A DNA stretch of 64,000 nt from Candidatus Omnitrophota bacterium. Lineage in GTDB: Bacteria > Omnitrophota > Gorgyraeia > Zapsychrales > Fredricksoniimonadaceae. The notes beneath the pieces are model-generated. The model searched no databases. It was not told where the DNA came from and worked only from the letters and a program-made list of their open reading frames with translations. Each line of letters opens with the position of its first letter. Positions within the stretch are counted from its first letter, which is position 1. The DNA lies in NCBI GenBank assembly GCA_013285735.1, contig JABDGZ010000003.1:19756-83755 (forward strand). Reading direction: 5' to 3'. A program made the translations under genes and the position numbers. Positions 9,955 to 18,810 of the stretch are shown here, piece after piece.

Positions 9955-10854
9955 TTAGGAATGTTGTGCCGGTTCAATATGAACCAGCACATCGGCTATG
10001 CCTAGAGATGATTTGATGAGGGCGTCTTTGACTTCATGGGCGATAACATGGGCGTTGTAGACTTGCATATCACCATTGACTTCCACGTGAATATCGACAA
10101 ATAAATTAAGTCCGCTTTTGCGCACCCGGCATTTTTCAATAGCTGCGACCCCGGGGACTCGTCCGGCTATGCTGCGGATGGTTTCCTCGGTCTCAGGGTT
10201 GGGGGCGTAATCCATAATTTCTTTGACGGCATGCCGGAGCATATGGATACCATTAAAAATGATGATCCCGCTGGCGGCAAGGGCCGCCCAATCATCAGCA
10301 CTTTCATAACCCTTGCCTCCGATGATAGCAATGGATATACCGATAAAGGCAGCGATGGATGTCAAAGCGTCCGAACGGTGATGCCAAGCCTCCGTTTTAA
10401 GAGACAGGCTATCGACCGATTCGCCAACGGAAAATAGAAATCTAAAGAGAGTTTCTTTGACGATGATGACTATGATGAGGATGATTAGGGTAAATAATGC
10501 CGGGGTGTGGTGAGGCTGCACAATATCAAGAGAGCTTTTGATAGCAATGCCAATGCCTACCATGACAAGGACTAGGGATGCGGTCATGGCAGCTAATGAT
10601 TCTGCTTTGCCGTGGCCGTAAGGATGGTTTTCATCCGCGGGCAGGGAAGATATCTTAATGCCGCCTAAAACAACCACCGATGAAAAGATATCCAGGGTAG
10701 ATTCAATGCCGTCTGCCAACAAAGCGTAAGAATTCCCTAAAATACCAGTGACGATTTTGATAGCTGCCAGAAGCACATTAGATGAAAGCCCAACCAGTAC
10801 AGTGCTGACACCACGGTCAAAACGGTTTTGAAGTTTAGGATTCTGAGAAGGCAT
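9955..10854 (-). CDS. Cation diffusion facilitator (CDF) family metal transporter
   Basis: Six TM segments plus a cytoplasmic C-terminal domain, with a WHHRSDALTS block. The start at ATG 10854 (MPSQNPKL) is preferred because the 10887 start would overlap the upstream micro-ORF. Confidence 0.85.
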   Translation of the reverse strand: MPSQNPKLQNRFDRGVSTVLVGLSSNVLLAAIKIVTGILGNSYALLADGIESTLDIFSSVVVLGGIKISSLPADENHPYGHGKAESLAAMTASLVLVMVGIGIAIKSSLDIVQPHHTPALFTLIILIIVIIVKETLFRFLFSVGESVDSLSLKTEAWHHRSDALTSIAAFIGISIAIIGGKGYESADDWAALAASGIIIFNGIHMLRHAVKEIMDYAPNPETEETIRSIAGRVPGVAAIEKCRVRKSGLNLFVDIHVEVNGDMQVYNAHVIAHEVKDALIKSSLGIADVLVHIEPAQHS

Positions 10855-10855
10855 G

Positions 10856-10948
10856 CTAATGCTTCGGAGCAGGTGGTTTTCTTGCACCCAAATAAACGAT
10901 GGTTAGGGCAAAAACTACAAAAATTAAAGTTCCAATAATGGCTATCAT
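10856..10948 (-). CDS. 30-aa hydrophobic micro-protein (MIAIIGTLIFVVFALTIVYLGARKPPAPKH)
   Basis: AAGGAG-like SD. TAATG overlap with the upstream small-membrane-protein frame, and a stop 1 nt before the CDF start. A paralogous arrangement sits at 29440-29538. Confidence 0.35.
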   Translation of the reverse strand: MIAIIGTLIFVVFALTIVYLGARKPPAPKH

Positions 10949-11156
10949 TAGTTGTCTCCTTTTTTAATTCTATACATCATCAGTATAACACTTAACCCAA
11001 GCAAAGCAATCCCAATGGCGACGAACCCTACTCTTAATGGTAGGATTAGTTTTTCAAAAAAATAACTGGCAAATCCCACTGTAAGAATGGCTTTCCCATA
11101 TCGCAGATGATTTTGGCGATAAATTCAACTACATTTTGGTCGATAATGAATTTCAC
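10948..11156 (-). pseudogene. Small membrane protein, paralog of 29538-29741, apparently disrupted by a 1-nt frameshift
   Basis: Frame A (GTG 11156) reads KFIIDQNVVEFIAKIICDMGK. Frame B continues AILTVGFASYFFEKLILPLRVGFVAIGIALLGLSVILMMYRIKKGDN. Together they align with FTAKTINDLGKNILSIGFASYFFKELFLPLRIFIGILGIAL of the 29.5-kb copy. The span is 209 nt, not a multiple of 3. It could instead be a sequencing error, or a shorter protein starting at an internal GTG. Confidence 0.35.
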
Positions 11157-11190
11157 GTAAAATTCCTTTCGATTGAATCCGTAGGCGAAA

Positions 11191-11261
11191 GTAGTTTGGG
11201 GGAAACTACGACAGATGGAACGGATGATAGGTTGATTGTAACGGTGTTTTGGGGGAACACC
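11191..11261 (-). promoter_or_regulatory. 5' leader with two similar hairpins carrying CCCCC loops on the transcribed minus strand
   Basis: Plus-strand gtagtttgggggaaactac (11191-11209) and ggtgttttgggggaacacc (11243-11261). Both lie between the predicted minus-strand promoter and the GTG at 11156. Confidence 0.3.
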
Positions 11262-11273
11262 TGTAATAAATAA

Positions 11274-11301
11274 ATTGTAGCAAGTAAGCACGTTTTGTCA
11301 A
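11274..11301 (-). promoter_or_regulatory. Sigma70-like promoter for the micro-protein/CDF operon
   Basis: The minus strand reads TTGACA-16 nt-TACAAT. Confidence 0.4.
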
Positions 11302-11310
11302 ATTGTAACC

Positions 11311-11338
11311 TTGACGGATTTATGGCCTTGGTTATAAT
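11311..11338 (+). promoter_or_regulatory. Sigma70-like promoter for slyD
   Basis: TTGACG (11311-11316), 16-nt spacer, TATAAT (11333-11338), 30 nt upstream of the ATG at 11368. Confidence 0.45.
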
Positions 11339-11367
11339 GATAAAAATTAAAAAAAGGACAAACAACT

Positions 11368-11874
11368 ATGGCTAAAAACGAACCTTCCGCAAAGCAAGGA
11401 ACAGGGAATATTCAGGTGGTTTCTTTTGATTATGTTTTGACAGCTAAGGGTGGCAAGGTTATTGATGCGTCAGCTAAGGGAAAACCTTTGATATTTATCT
11501 CTGGTTTAGGCCAGATCATCCCGGGACTTGAAACTATTTTGTTGGCCATGGAACCAGCGCAGAAGAAAACAGTGACCATCGAAGCCAAAGAGGCTTATGG
11601 GACTTATGATGCAAGTTTGATCTATAAGGTTGACCGCTCTAAATTACCTGCCCAGGAGATTAATGTGGGGGATATGTTTGAAGTCGGCGAAGGGGATCGT
11701 TTTTCTCCGGTCACCATCACGGCCATCAACGGTGATGAAATTACTTTAGATGGTAATCATCCATTGGCTGGAGAAGACCTGACCTTTGCTGTTGAACTTG
11801 TCGAAAAAAGAGTAGCTACTGCAGAAGAGTTAGCTCATGGGCATGTGCATGGGGCGGGCGGTTGTCACCATTAA
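11368..11874 (+). CDS. slyD: FKBP-type peptidyl-prolyl isomerase, SlyD-like, with His/Cys-rich metal-binding tail
   Basis: FKBP core with an insert-in-flap region (GQIIPGLE ... FAVELV). C-terminal HGHVHGAGGCHH. Confidence 0.8.
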   Translation: MAKNEPSAKQGTGNIQVVSFDYVLTAKGGKVIDASAKGKPLIFISGLGQIIPGLETILLAMEPAQKKTVTIEAKEAYGTYDASLIYKVDRSKLPAQEINVGDMFEVGEGDRFSPVTITAINGDEITLDGNHPLAGEDLTFAVELVEKRVATAEELAHGHVHGAGGCHH

Positions 11875-11886
11875 TGGAATATTTTT

Positions 11887-12246
11887 ATGAACGTTGCTGT
11901 GATCGGTGCATCGGATAAGCCTGAGCGGTTTTCCTATCAGGCACTTGGTTTATTAAAACAAAAAGGTCATCAGGTTTTTCCTGTCCATCAACGTCTTAAA
12001 TCCATTGATGGGATGACGGTTTATCCTTCCATCAAAGAGATCACCCAGCCTATTGATACCGTAACCTTGTACGTAGCTGCGGATATTTCTTCAAGTATTG
12101 CTGCAGATATCCTTGGCGCAAAACCCCGACGCATTATATTTAATCCCGGCGCAGAAAATCCAGACCTTGCTCAAAAAGCCAAAGCACAGGGCATCACTAC
12201 AATTGAAAACTGTACCTTAGTGATGTTAAGGGCATCGAATTTTTAA
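11887..12246 (+). CDS. CoA-binding domain protein (YccU-like)
   Basis: NVAVIGASDKPERFSYQALGLLKQKGHQVFPV is typical of the CoA_binding_2 family. 119 aa. Confidence 0.7.
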   Translation: MNVAVIGASDKPERFSYQALGLLKQKGHQVFPVHQRLKSIDGMTVYPSIKEITQPIDTVTLYVAADISSSIAADILGAKPRRIIFNPGAENPDLAQKAKAQGITTIENCTLVMLRASNF

Positions 12247-13442
12247 TGCGGTATCAGCGCGTGTTCATCCTCATTGTTGTCGGGTGGTATTTGATTTTAG
12301 CCCTGGGACATTATTTCAATCAGCGCCCCCTGTGGAATGATGAATGGTGTGTTTTAAATAGCATCATTGATTTAAAACCGGCCCAATTGTTTACCCAGCC
12401 TTTATTAAATGATCAGGCATTTCCCCGTTTATATTTGTGGGTCATTCAGCAATTTTCTAAGCCCTTTAATCAAAGTCTTTTATCCTTGAGGGCTTTTTCT
12501 TTATTGGCCATGATAGGGGCATTTTTTGTTTGGTTCGGTATTTCCCGTCGGGTGTTACGTAATTCGTGGGATTTGATATTGTTCATTGGCTGTTGGTGCG
12601 GTTCTATACCATTGGTCTATTATGCGGCGGAATTAAAACCGTACAGCATGGATGTTTTGATCTCTGGCGTCATAGTTTTATTTTTATTAGACCAAAATAA
12701 GATCCAACATAATTCTAAGGATTACCGGACAATATTATTATTTTTACCCTTGCTGGGCTTATGGTCTTATCCTGCCAATTTCCTTCTTCTTTTCCCACTG
12801 TACAATTTGATCGTGGACTGCATTAATAAACGCCGTTGGCTTGTGGAATTATCATTTTATTTGTTTGGCTATGCTTTTGTATTGGGTTTGGTGTATTGGT
12901 TTGATTTGCGTGTCAGCGTGCAGCATCTATTGGCCGTGTACTGGCACGACTATTTTATTTCTTTTGATTCATGGAAAAATTTTCTTAATACGTTCGGAAA
13001 GGGTATGAATAGTTTAATTGCGCGTCAATTTGCCGAAAATCCCCGATGGATTAAGGTGCCATCCCGGATATTTATTGGGATGGGGGTTGGGTATATGTTA
13101 CTGGCATTCTGGAATCAGTATAAGAAAGATCGTTTTGTGCTGCGTTCGATCATCTCAATTTCTTTTGCTATGTTTTTGTTACAGCTGGTATTGGCCGTGG
13201 TACAGGCATATCCCTTTGCAGTGCCGCGGATGTCATTATTTTTTGCTCCATTGCTTTTATTAATGACAATGATGGTTATGGATTTTATACGTGAACGCAA
13301 TAAGGTTTGGGGCACCATTTTAAAGATTATTTTCGCGGGATATTTAATATTTATTTCGTTGGGGATTGCCTGGGACGTGTTTATAAGAGGAGATTTAGGT
13401 GCGGAGGCAACGCTTTACAGTACACATGTATCAATAAATTAG
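12246..13442 (+). CDS. Polytopic membrane protein, possibly a GT-C (ArnT/PMT-like) glycosyltransferase
   Basis: About 10 hydrophobic segments. The first loop carries PLWNDEW, an Asp-Glu motif like the GT-C first loop. TAATG overlap with the upstream gene. Call is tentative. Confidence 0.4.
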   Translation: MRYQRVFILIVVGWYLILALGHYFNQRPLWNDEWCVLNSIIDLKPAQLFTQPLLNDQAFPRLYLWVIQQFSKPFNQSLLSLRAFSLLAMIGAFFVWFGISRRVLRNSWDLILFIGCWCGSIPLVYYAAELKPYSMDVLISGVIVLFLLDQNKIQHNSKDYRTILLFLPLLGLWSYPANFLLLFPLYNLIVDCINKRRWLVELSFYLFGYAFVLGLVYWFDLRVSVQHLLAVYWHDYFISFDSWKNFLNTFGKGMNSLIARQFAENPRWIKVPSRIFIGMGVGYMLLAFWNQYKKDRFVLRSIISISFAMFLLQLVLAVVQAYPFAVPRMSLFFAPLLLLMTMMVMDFIRERNKVWGTILKIIFAGYLIFISLGIAWDVFIRGDLGAEATLYSTHVSIN

Positions 13443-15106
13443 TTCGCTGCTATTTTCTTTTTGGCAAAAGCGATACAGCTTTTGATATCCCAATAAAAAT
13501 GATCTTCGCCAATCATTTCTATAATTCCAGCTTCTTTCATCACTTTGAATGGTTGGGCATGTACGCCTGAAAAAATGACTTCCATCTTGCTCTTTTTGGC
13601 CTTACGCAGCAAATCTTCTAGGGCGCTGAGACCCGTGGCATCCATGGCAGGAACAAAACGCATGCGCAGGATCAAGACTTGGGGCCGGCGTTTCATTTGA
13701 CTGATGGTATCCCTGAATTTGTCTGCAGCACCGAAGAAAAATGGACCGCTGATTTCAAAAATTTCTATCCCCGATGGAATATTGATGGCATCCAACATTT
13801 CCGGGTCAAGGATCCACTCGTCATTAACGCTGCCTTCGTTGAGATATTTGACTTCGGAAACCTCGATCATACGTTTCATAAATAAAAAAGATGCTAAAAC
13901 GATCCCGACTTCGATGGCGACAGTCAAATCTACCAACACTGTTAGGAGAAAGGTCGTCAGTAAGACCATGATATCGCTTTTGGGGCTGCGGAATAATTTT
14001 GCAAACATGGACCATTCGCCCATGTTATAGGCAACCAGTACCAAGATGCCGGCCAATGTTGCCATGGGGATTAATGCTGCCCATTGACCTAAAAATAGAA
14101 ACATAAACAGCACCGTTAAAGCGTGCACTATTCCTGAAATAGGCGTTTGTCCGCCGTTTTTGATATTTGTTGCGGTACGCGCGATGGCCCCTGTTGCTGG
14201 AATGCCGTTAAACAATGGACAGGCAAGATTGGCAATTCCCTGGGCGATCAATTCCATGTTAGATCGGTGGCGCCGGCCAGTCATCCCGTCGGCAACAACG
14301 GCGGAAAGCAAGGATTCAATGCCGGCTAATAAGGCAATGGTCAAGGCTGATGGTGACATTTTGATAATGAGATCCCAGTTTATGTAAGGGATGTGGGGCA
14401 TTGGAAAAGAGTGGGGAACGTTTCCAAAACGCGTACCGATGGTTTGAATCGGCCAATGAAAAATATGCACGATGGCGGTTGTCACCAAAATCGCGATCAA
14501 TGGTCCTGGCAGGCGGTCAGTGACCTTGCGCCAAAACAGGATAATCAGAACAGTGAGGATGCTGGTCGAAACGGCATAAATATCGAAGGCAGGTATATTT
14601 TGTGCATAAGCTAACCATTTATCTAAAAATCTTTCGGGTGTGTGAGCTAAATGGATTCCAAAGAAATCAGGGATTTGCGATGTAAAGATAATGACAGCAA
14701 TACCGCTGGTAAAACCGATAGTGACCGGAAAGGGGATATATTTAATGACGTCCCCCATTTTGGCAACACCCATCAAGATAAGCATAACTCCAGCCATGAC
14801 AGTAGCTAAGGCCAGACCGTCATAGCCGTATTTCTGGACAATGCCGAAAATAATGACGATAAAGGCGCCTGTAGGCCCCCCGATCTGCACCCGGCTTCCC
14901 GAGAAAGCAGATATCAAGAGTCCTGCGATGACAGCGGTGATCAGGCCTTGTTCGGGTTTGACACCGGAAGCAATGGCAAAAGCAATGGACAAAGGAAGGG
15001 CTACGATACCAACAATAATGCCGGCCCACAGGTCTTGTCCGAATATTTTAGCGGTGTAGCCTTCTTTAAGGACAGTGACTAATTTTGGTTCAAACTCAGG
15101 GTTCAT
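13439..15106 (-). CDS. SulP-family anion permease with C-terminal STAS domain
   Basis: 555 aa. SulP-like TM core (GLITAVIAGLL, GGPTGAF) and a STAS-like tail (ILRMRFVPAMDATGLSALEDL). Confidence 0.85.
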   Translation of the reverse strand: MNPEFEPKLVTVLKEGYTAKIFGQDLWAGIIVGIVALPLSIAFAIASGVKPEQGLITAVIAGLLISAFSGSRVQIGGPTGAFIVIIFGIVQKYGYDGLALATVMAGVMLILMGVAKMGDVIKYIPFPVTIGFTSGIAVIIFTSQIPDFFGIHLAHTPERFLDKWLAYAQNIPAFDIYAVSTSILTVLIILFWRKVTDRLPGPLIAILVTTAIVHIFHWPIQTIGTRFGNVPHSFPMPHIPYINWDLIIKMSPSALTIALLAGIESLLSAVVADGMTGRRHRSNMELIAQGIANLACPLFNGIPATGAIARTATNIKNGGQTPISGIVHALTVLFMFLFLGQWAALIPMATLAGILVLVAYNMGEWSMFAKLFRSPKSDIMVLLTTFLLTVLVDLTVAIEVGIVLASFLFMKRMIEVSEVKYLNEGSVNDEWILDPEMLDAINIPSGIEIFEISGPFFFGAADKFRDTISQMKRRPQVLILRMRFVPAMDATGLSALEDLLRKAKKSKMEVIFSGVHAQPFKVMKEAGIIEMIGEDHFYWDIKSCIAFAKKKIAAN

Positions 15107-15177
15107 TGTGTTATACTCTTTGGAATTTCACGGAAGTTTAATTGTATCTTCATAAGGTTGAATTAGACTAAAAACTC

Positions 15178-16713
15178 ATGCGTGCTGCTGTTATAGATAT
15201 AGGCTCTTCTTCCATCAAGCTTTTGATTGCGGAAAGCCATGGGGATGATGTTAAGATCATTGAATCGCTTAAGAATGTTATTCCTTTAGGCAAGCACGTA
15301 TTTCTCAAAGGTCGTATCCCGCAAACTATTATAAATCAAACTGCTGCCGTATTGCAAAAATATAAAGATTCCCTCAAAGAGTACGATGTCGAAAATGTTA
15401 TGGTCATTGCCACGACCGCTGTACGCGAGTCGCGTAACCGCGATATTTTTCTCGACACAGTCCTTCGTAAGACCGGCTTTAAGATCGATGTATTAAACGC
15501 AGGGGACGTGGTTTATTACATCGATTATTTTCTTAGCCATAAATTAAAAACAACCTACCCGGTGGACAAAAAGAATCTTTTGATTGCGGAATTAGGTGCA
15601 GGCTCTTTGGATATCTCAGTCATGGAAAAGGGCCTTACTTTAATGAATATTGGTTTTCCCATCGGTACCTTACGCCTGTCGCAATTTATGGAAACCCTGG
15701 ATGGATCCATGCAAGAAGTGCATGAGGCCACCGAAGAGTATATCGAGAATGAAGTTTTTTCCCTCAGGAAAAATAATAATAATCTGAACATTGACGATAT
15801 TATCCTCATTGATGAAAATTATTCAGTTTTTATCCAAAATGTATTGCCTAACAAACGCCGCGATTCAGATTTCTTTAAATTTAAAGCTGCTGAAGCCCAG
15901 GAATTATTGGCACGTTTAAAACAGATGAACGTCGAGGAAATTGCTAATACCTATAATGTGCCCGCGGATATTGCTTCTACCATCACAGGGTATGCCATCA
16001 TTCTTAATACCATGTTCAAGCTTAATAAAAGCGAGCATGTTTATATTCTTGAGGCTTCTTTGTCCGAAGCGATCCTGGCCCATTTGCTTTTTAAATTTGA
16101 TGTTAAGGAAGGTGATAATAAGTTAAGCCAACTGGTCTCGGTGGCACATTTTCTTTGCCGTAAGTACGGGATGGATCTAGACCATCTTAAACATGTGGCG
16201 TCGATGACGGACCAACTTTTTAGCGAGTTCAAGGGCATTTTAGGCCTGGAAGAAAAAGACCGTTTATATCTTCTCTTGGCTTCTTATCTGCATGATATTG
16301 GGTCATTTGTCAATAATCGCTCACACCACAAGCACAGCGAGTACATTATCAGTTCCTTAAATTTATTTAGGTTGACCGAGCATGAAATCAATATCATCGC
16401 TTGCATTGCCCGCTATCATAGGCGTTCAGCTCCGTTAAAGACCCATTTATTGTATAATTCATTGGCGTCGGCAGAGCAAATTTTGGTCCAGAAATTAAGT
16501 GCTCTTTTGCGCATTGCCAATTCCTTGGACCGTTCGCACAAGCAGAAGGTTAAAAAGCTGGAAGTTAAGTTTAATGCTGCCGGAGATGCGACTATCGTGG
16601 CGTATACGCACGCTAATTTCTTGTTGGAAAAAGAGAATTTTCTGGAAAAGAAAGAATTATTCGAAGAAATTACGGGTAACAAATTGACGCTGACGGTAAG
16701 GACGCAGGACTAA
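15178..16713 (+). CDS. ppx: Exopolyphosphatase Ppx/GppA family with HD domain
   Basis: N-terminal AAVIDIGSSSIKLLIAE (ASKHA fold). C-terminal HD region LHDIG...HHKHS. TAATG overlap with ppk. Confidence 0.8.
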   Translation: MRAAVIDIGSSSIKLLIAESHGDDVKIIESLKNVIPLGKHVFLKGRIPQTIINQTAAVLQKYKDSLKEYDVENVMVIATTAVRESRNRDIFLDTVLRKTGFKIDVLNAGDVVYYIDYFLSHKLKTTYPVDKKNLLIAELGAGSLDISVMEKGLTLMNIGFPIGTLRLSQFMETLDGSMQEVHEATEEYIENEVFSLRKNNNNLNIDDIILIDENYSVFIQNVLPNKRRDSDFFKFKAAEAQELLARLKQMNVEEIANTYNVPADIASTITGYAIILNTMFKLNKSEHVYILEASLSEAILAHLLFKFDVKEGDNKLSQLVSVAHFLCRKYGMDLDHLKHVASMTDQLFSEFKGILGLEEKDRLYLLLASYLHDIGSFVNNRSHHKHSEYIISSLNLFRLTEHEINIIACIARYHRRSAPLKTHLLYNSLASAEQILVQKLSALLRIANSLDRSHKQKVKKLEVKFNAAGDATIVAYTHANFLLEKENFLEKKELFEEITGNKLTLTVRTQD

Positions 16714-18731
16714 TGGAAATTAAAGAGAAATTTATTCATAGGGATTTGAGTTGGCTGGAATTCAACCGCCGGGTTTTGGAAGAAGCGGCGGATGAGCGCA
16801 ATCCGCTGTTGGAGCGCATTAAGTTCCTGGCTATTTTTACCAGCAATCTCGACGAATTCTTCATGGTCCGCATGTCAGGGGCTAAAAAGCTTGTAGACTC
16901 AGGCTATAATAAACGTGATCAATTCGGGTTTTATCCCCAAGAGCTTTTCACAGAAATCAAAACACGTACCGACGAATTGGTAAAACGTTTTTATGAGGTT
17001 TATCAGGGTTCTGTGCGGGATGCCCTGGAAGGCGAGAAGATTTTCATTAAGAAAACCCTCGACTTGAATCCAGAACAAAAAAAATACGTACAGCGTTTTT
17101 TTGATACAACGCTTTATCCCATCATAACACCCATGGCCGTCGATGGCGGACATCCTTTTCCGGTCTTGCCTTCGCGCACCATTGCCTTTGCGGTCAACAT
17201 CATCCGTTCTGAAAAAAATCATCTGGCGATCATCCCTATCCCCAAATCCGTACCCCGCTTATTGAAAGTCCCGGCGGAAGGAGAGGAATCAGTGTATGTG
17301 TTGATTGATTATCTGATTAAGGACAATTTAGAGCAATTTTTTAAAGGTTATAAGATCAAGGATGCGTCACTCTTTAGGGTTTTACGTGATAGTGAGCTGG
17401 AAGTTGATGAAAGTTATTCTCCCGACTTGCTTAAAGCACTCGAGAAAGAACTAAAAAAACGTTCAAGTGCCAAGGCTGTGTATTTGCAAATGGAAAAGGG
17501 GACTACCCCTGAACTTCTGGAAGTTCTGTGCAGCGGGATTGATTTTCCTAAAGAAGAGGTGGTTTTCACTTCATCTAATTTAGATTTGACCTTTCTTTTT
17601 GATTTGTATTCCTGGACGGATAAACCACAGTTACGCTATGCCAGTTTCACCTCTCGTAAATCTACTCATGAAAATATTTTTGATAAAATTAAAGATGAAG
17701 ATTTTATCATCCACGTGCCTTTCCAATCTTTTTTACCAACCTGCGAACTCATCGCTGCGGCAGCTAAAGACCCGGATGTTTTGGCTATTAAAATGACGCT
17801 TTACCGCACCAATGAAGATTCAGCCATTATCAAAGCGTTGATGGAGGCGGCCAAAAATCGCAAGCAGGTGACCGTGGTCGTTGAGATCAAGGCGCGATTT
17901 GAAGAAGAGAAAAATATTCAGTGGTCACGTGAACTGGAGCAGGCAGGCTGTCATGTGATTTACGGGATTGCCGGACTTAAGATCCATTCCAAGATGACCT
18001 TGATTGTGCGCAAGGAAGAAGGCCGCATCCGCCGCTATGTGCATTTAGCAACGGGTAATTATAATGAAAAAACAGCCACTGTTTATACTGATATAGGATT
18101 TTTTACGGCGAATGATGATTTTGCCCGGGATATTGCCGACGTGTTTAATGTTATCACCGGTTATTCATTGCCCAGCCCCTGGAAGAGGGTTATTTCATCC
18201 CCGCATGATTTGCGTAAATATTTTTTTGAATTGATTGATAAGGAAATAGCTGCCCAGCAGGAACACAAGAACGGCCTGATCATTGCCAAAATGAATGCCT
18301 TGGAAGATACACAAATGATTGAAAAATTGTATGTGGCCTCCCAGGCCGGTGTTAAAATCAGATTAATTGTGCGTGGCGTATGTTCATTAGTGCCGGGGGT
18401 CGCGGGTTTAAGCGAGAATATTGAAGTGCGTAGTATCGTCGGCCGTTTCCTGGAGCACTCACGTATTTTTTATTTCAACAATAATGGTAATGGCCGTGTA
18501 TTTTTGTCCTCGGCAGACTGGATGACGCGTAATTTAGACCGTCGCATAGAGCTTTTGTTTGAAATCACCAAGCCTGAACTTAAAAGCCATATCCAATTTA
18601 TACTGGATAATTATTTAAAAGACACGCGCAAAGCCAGGCTTTTACGGAGCGATCGCAGTTACGGCCGCATCAAAAAAGAAGGCGAAACTTTTGACGTGCA
18701 GGAATATTTTATCAATCATTACACTAGGTAG
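16713..18731 (+). CDS. ppk: Polyphosphate kinase 1
   Basis: N-terminal HRDLSWLEFNRRVLEEA, the two PLD-like C-terminal domains (HSKMTLIVR, EHSRIFYF), 672 aa. Confidence 0.9.
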   Translation: MEIKEKFIHRDLSWLEFNRRVLEEAADERNPLLERIKFLAIFTSNLDEFFMVRMSGAKKLVDSGYNKRDQFGFYPQELFTEIKTRTDELVKRFYEVYQGSVRDALEGEKIFIKKTLDLNPEQKKYVQRFFDTTLYPIITPMAVDGGHPFPVLPSRTIAFAVNIIRSEKNHLAIIPIPKSVPRLLKVPAEGEESVYVLIDYLIKDNLEQFFKGYKIKDASLFRVLRDSELEVDESYSPDLLKALEKELKKRSSAKAVYLQMEKGTTPELLEVLCSGIDFPKEEVVFTSSNLDLTFLFDLYSWTDKPQLRYASFTSRKSTHENIFDKIKDEDFIIHVPFQSFLPTCELIAAAAKDPDVLAIKMTLYRTNEDSAIIKALMEAAKNRKQVTVVVEIKARFEEEKNIQWSRELEQAGCHVIYGIAGLKIHSKMTLIVRKEEGRIRRYVHLATGNYNEKTATVYTDIGFFTANDDFARDIADVFNVITGYSLPSPWKRVISSPHDLRKYFFELIDKEIAAQQEHKNGLIIAKMNALEDTQMIEKLYVASQAGVKIRLIVRGVCSLVPGVAGLSENIEVRSIVGRFLEHSRIFYFNNNGNGRVFLSSADWMTRNLDRRIELLFEITKPELKSHIQFILDNYLKDTRKARLLRSDRSYGRIKKEGETFDVQEYFINHYTR

Positions 18732-18736
18732 TGTTC

Positions 18737-18800
18737 GTCATCCTGAACGAAGTGAAGGATCTTAAAGTTTTTTAAGATTCTTCGCTACGCTCAGAATGAC
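18737..18800. repeat. Imperfect 25-bp inverted repeat (REP-like hairpin, possible ppk terminator)
   Basis: gtcatcctgaacgaagtgaaggatc (18737-18761) against gattcttcgctacgctcagaatgac (18776-18800). The arms are complementary at about 20 of 25 positions with a 14-nt AT-rich spacer. Confidence 0.6.
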
Positions 18801-18810
18801 AGTAAATTTT

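Noticed and set aside
10856-11261. Assigning the CDF leader to the czcD (NiCo) riboswitch class.
   Set aside because: I cannot reproduce the four-helix junction or its conserved G-rich core from this sequence by eye. I report it only as an unclassified candidate.
11046-11365. ORFs 11046-11291 (81 aa) and 11153-11365 (70 aa) as real genes.
   Set aside because: They run through the predicted promoter and leader of the CDF operon. Only the 3' part of the first matches the paralogous small membrane protein, so I reinterpreted it as the frameshifted copy starting at GTG 11156.
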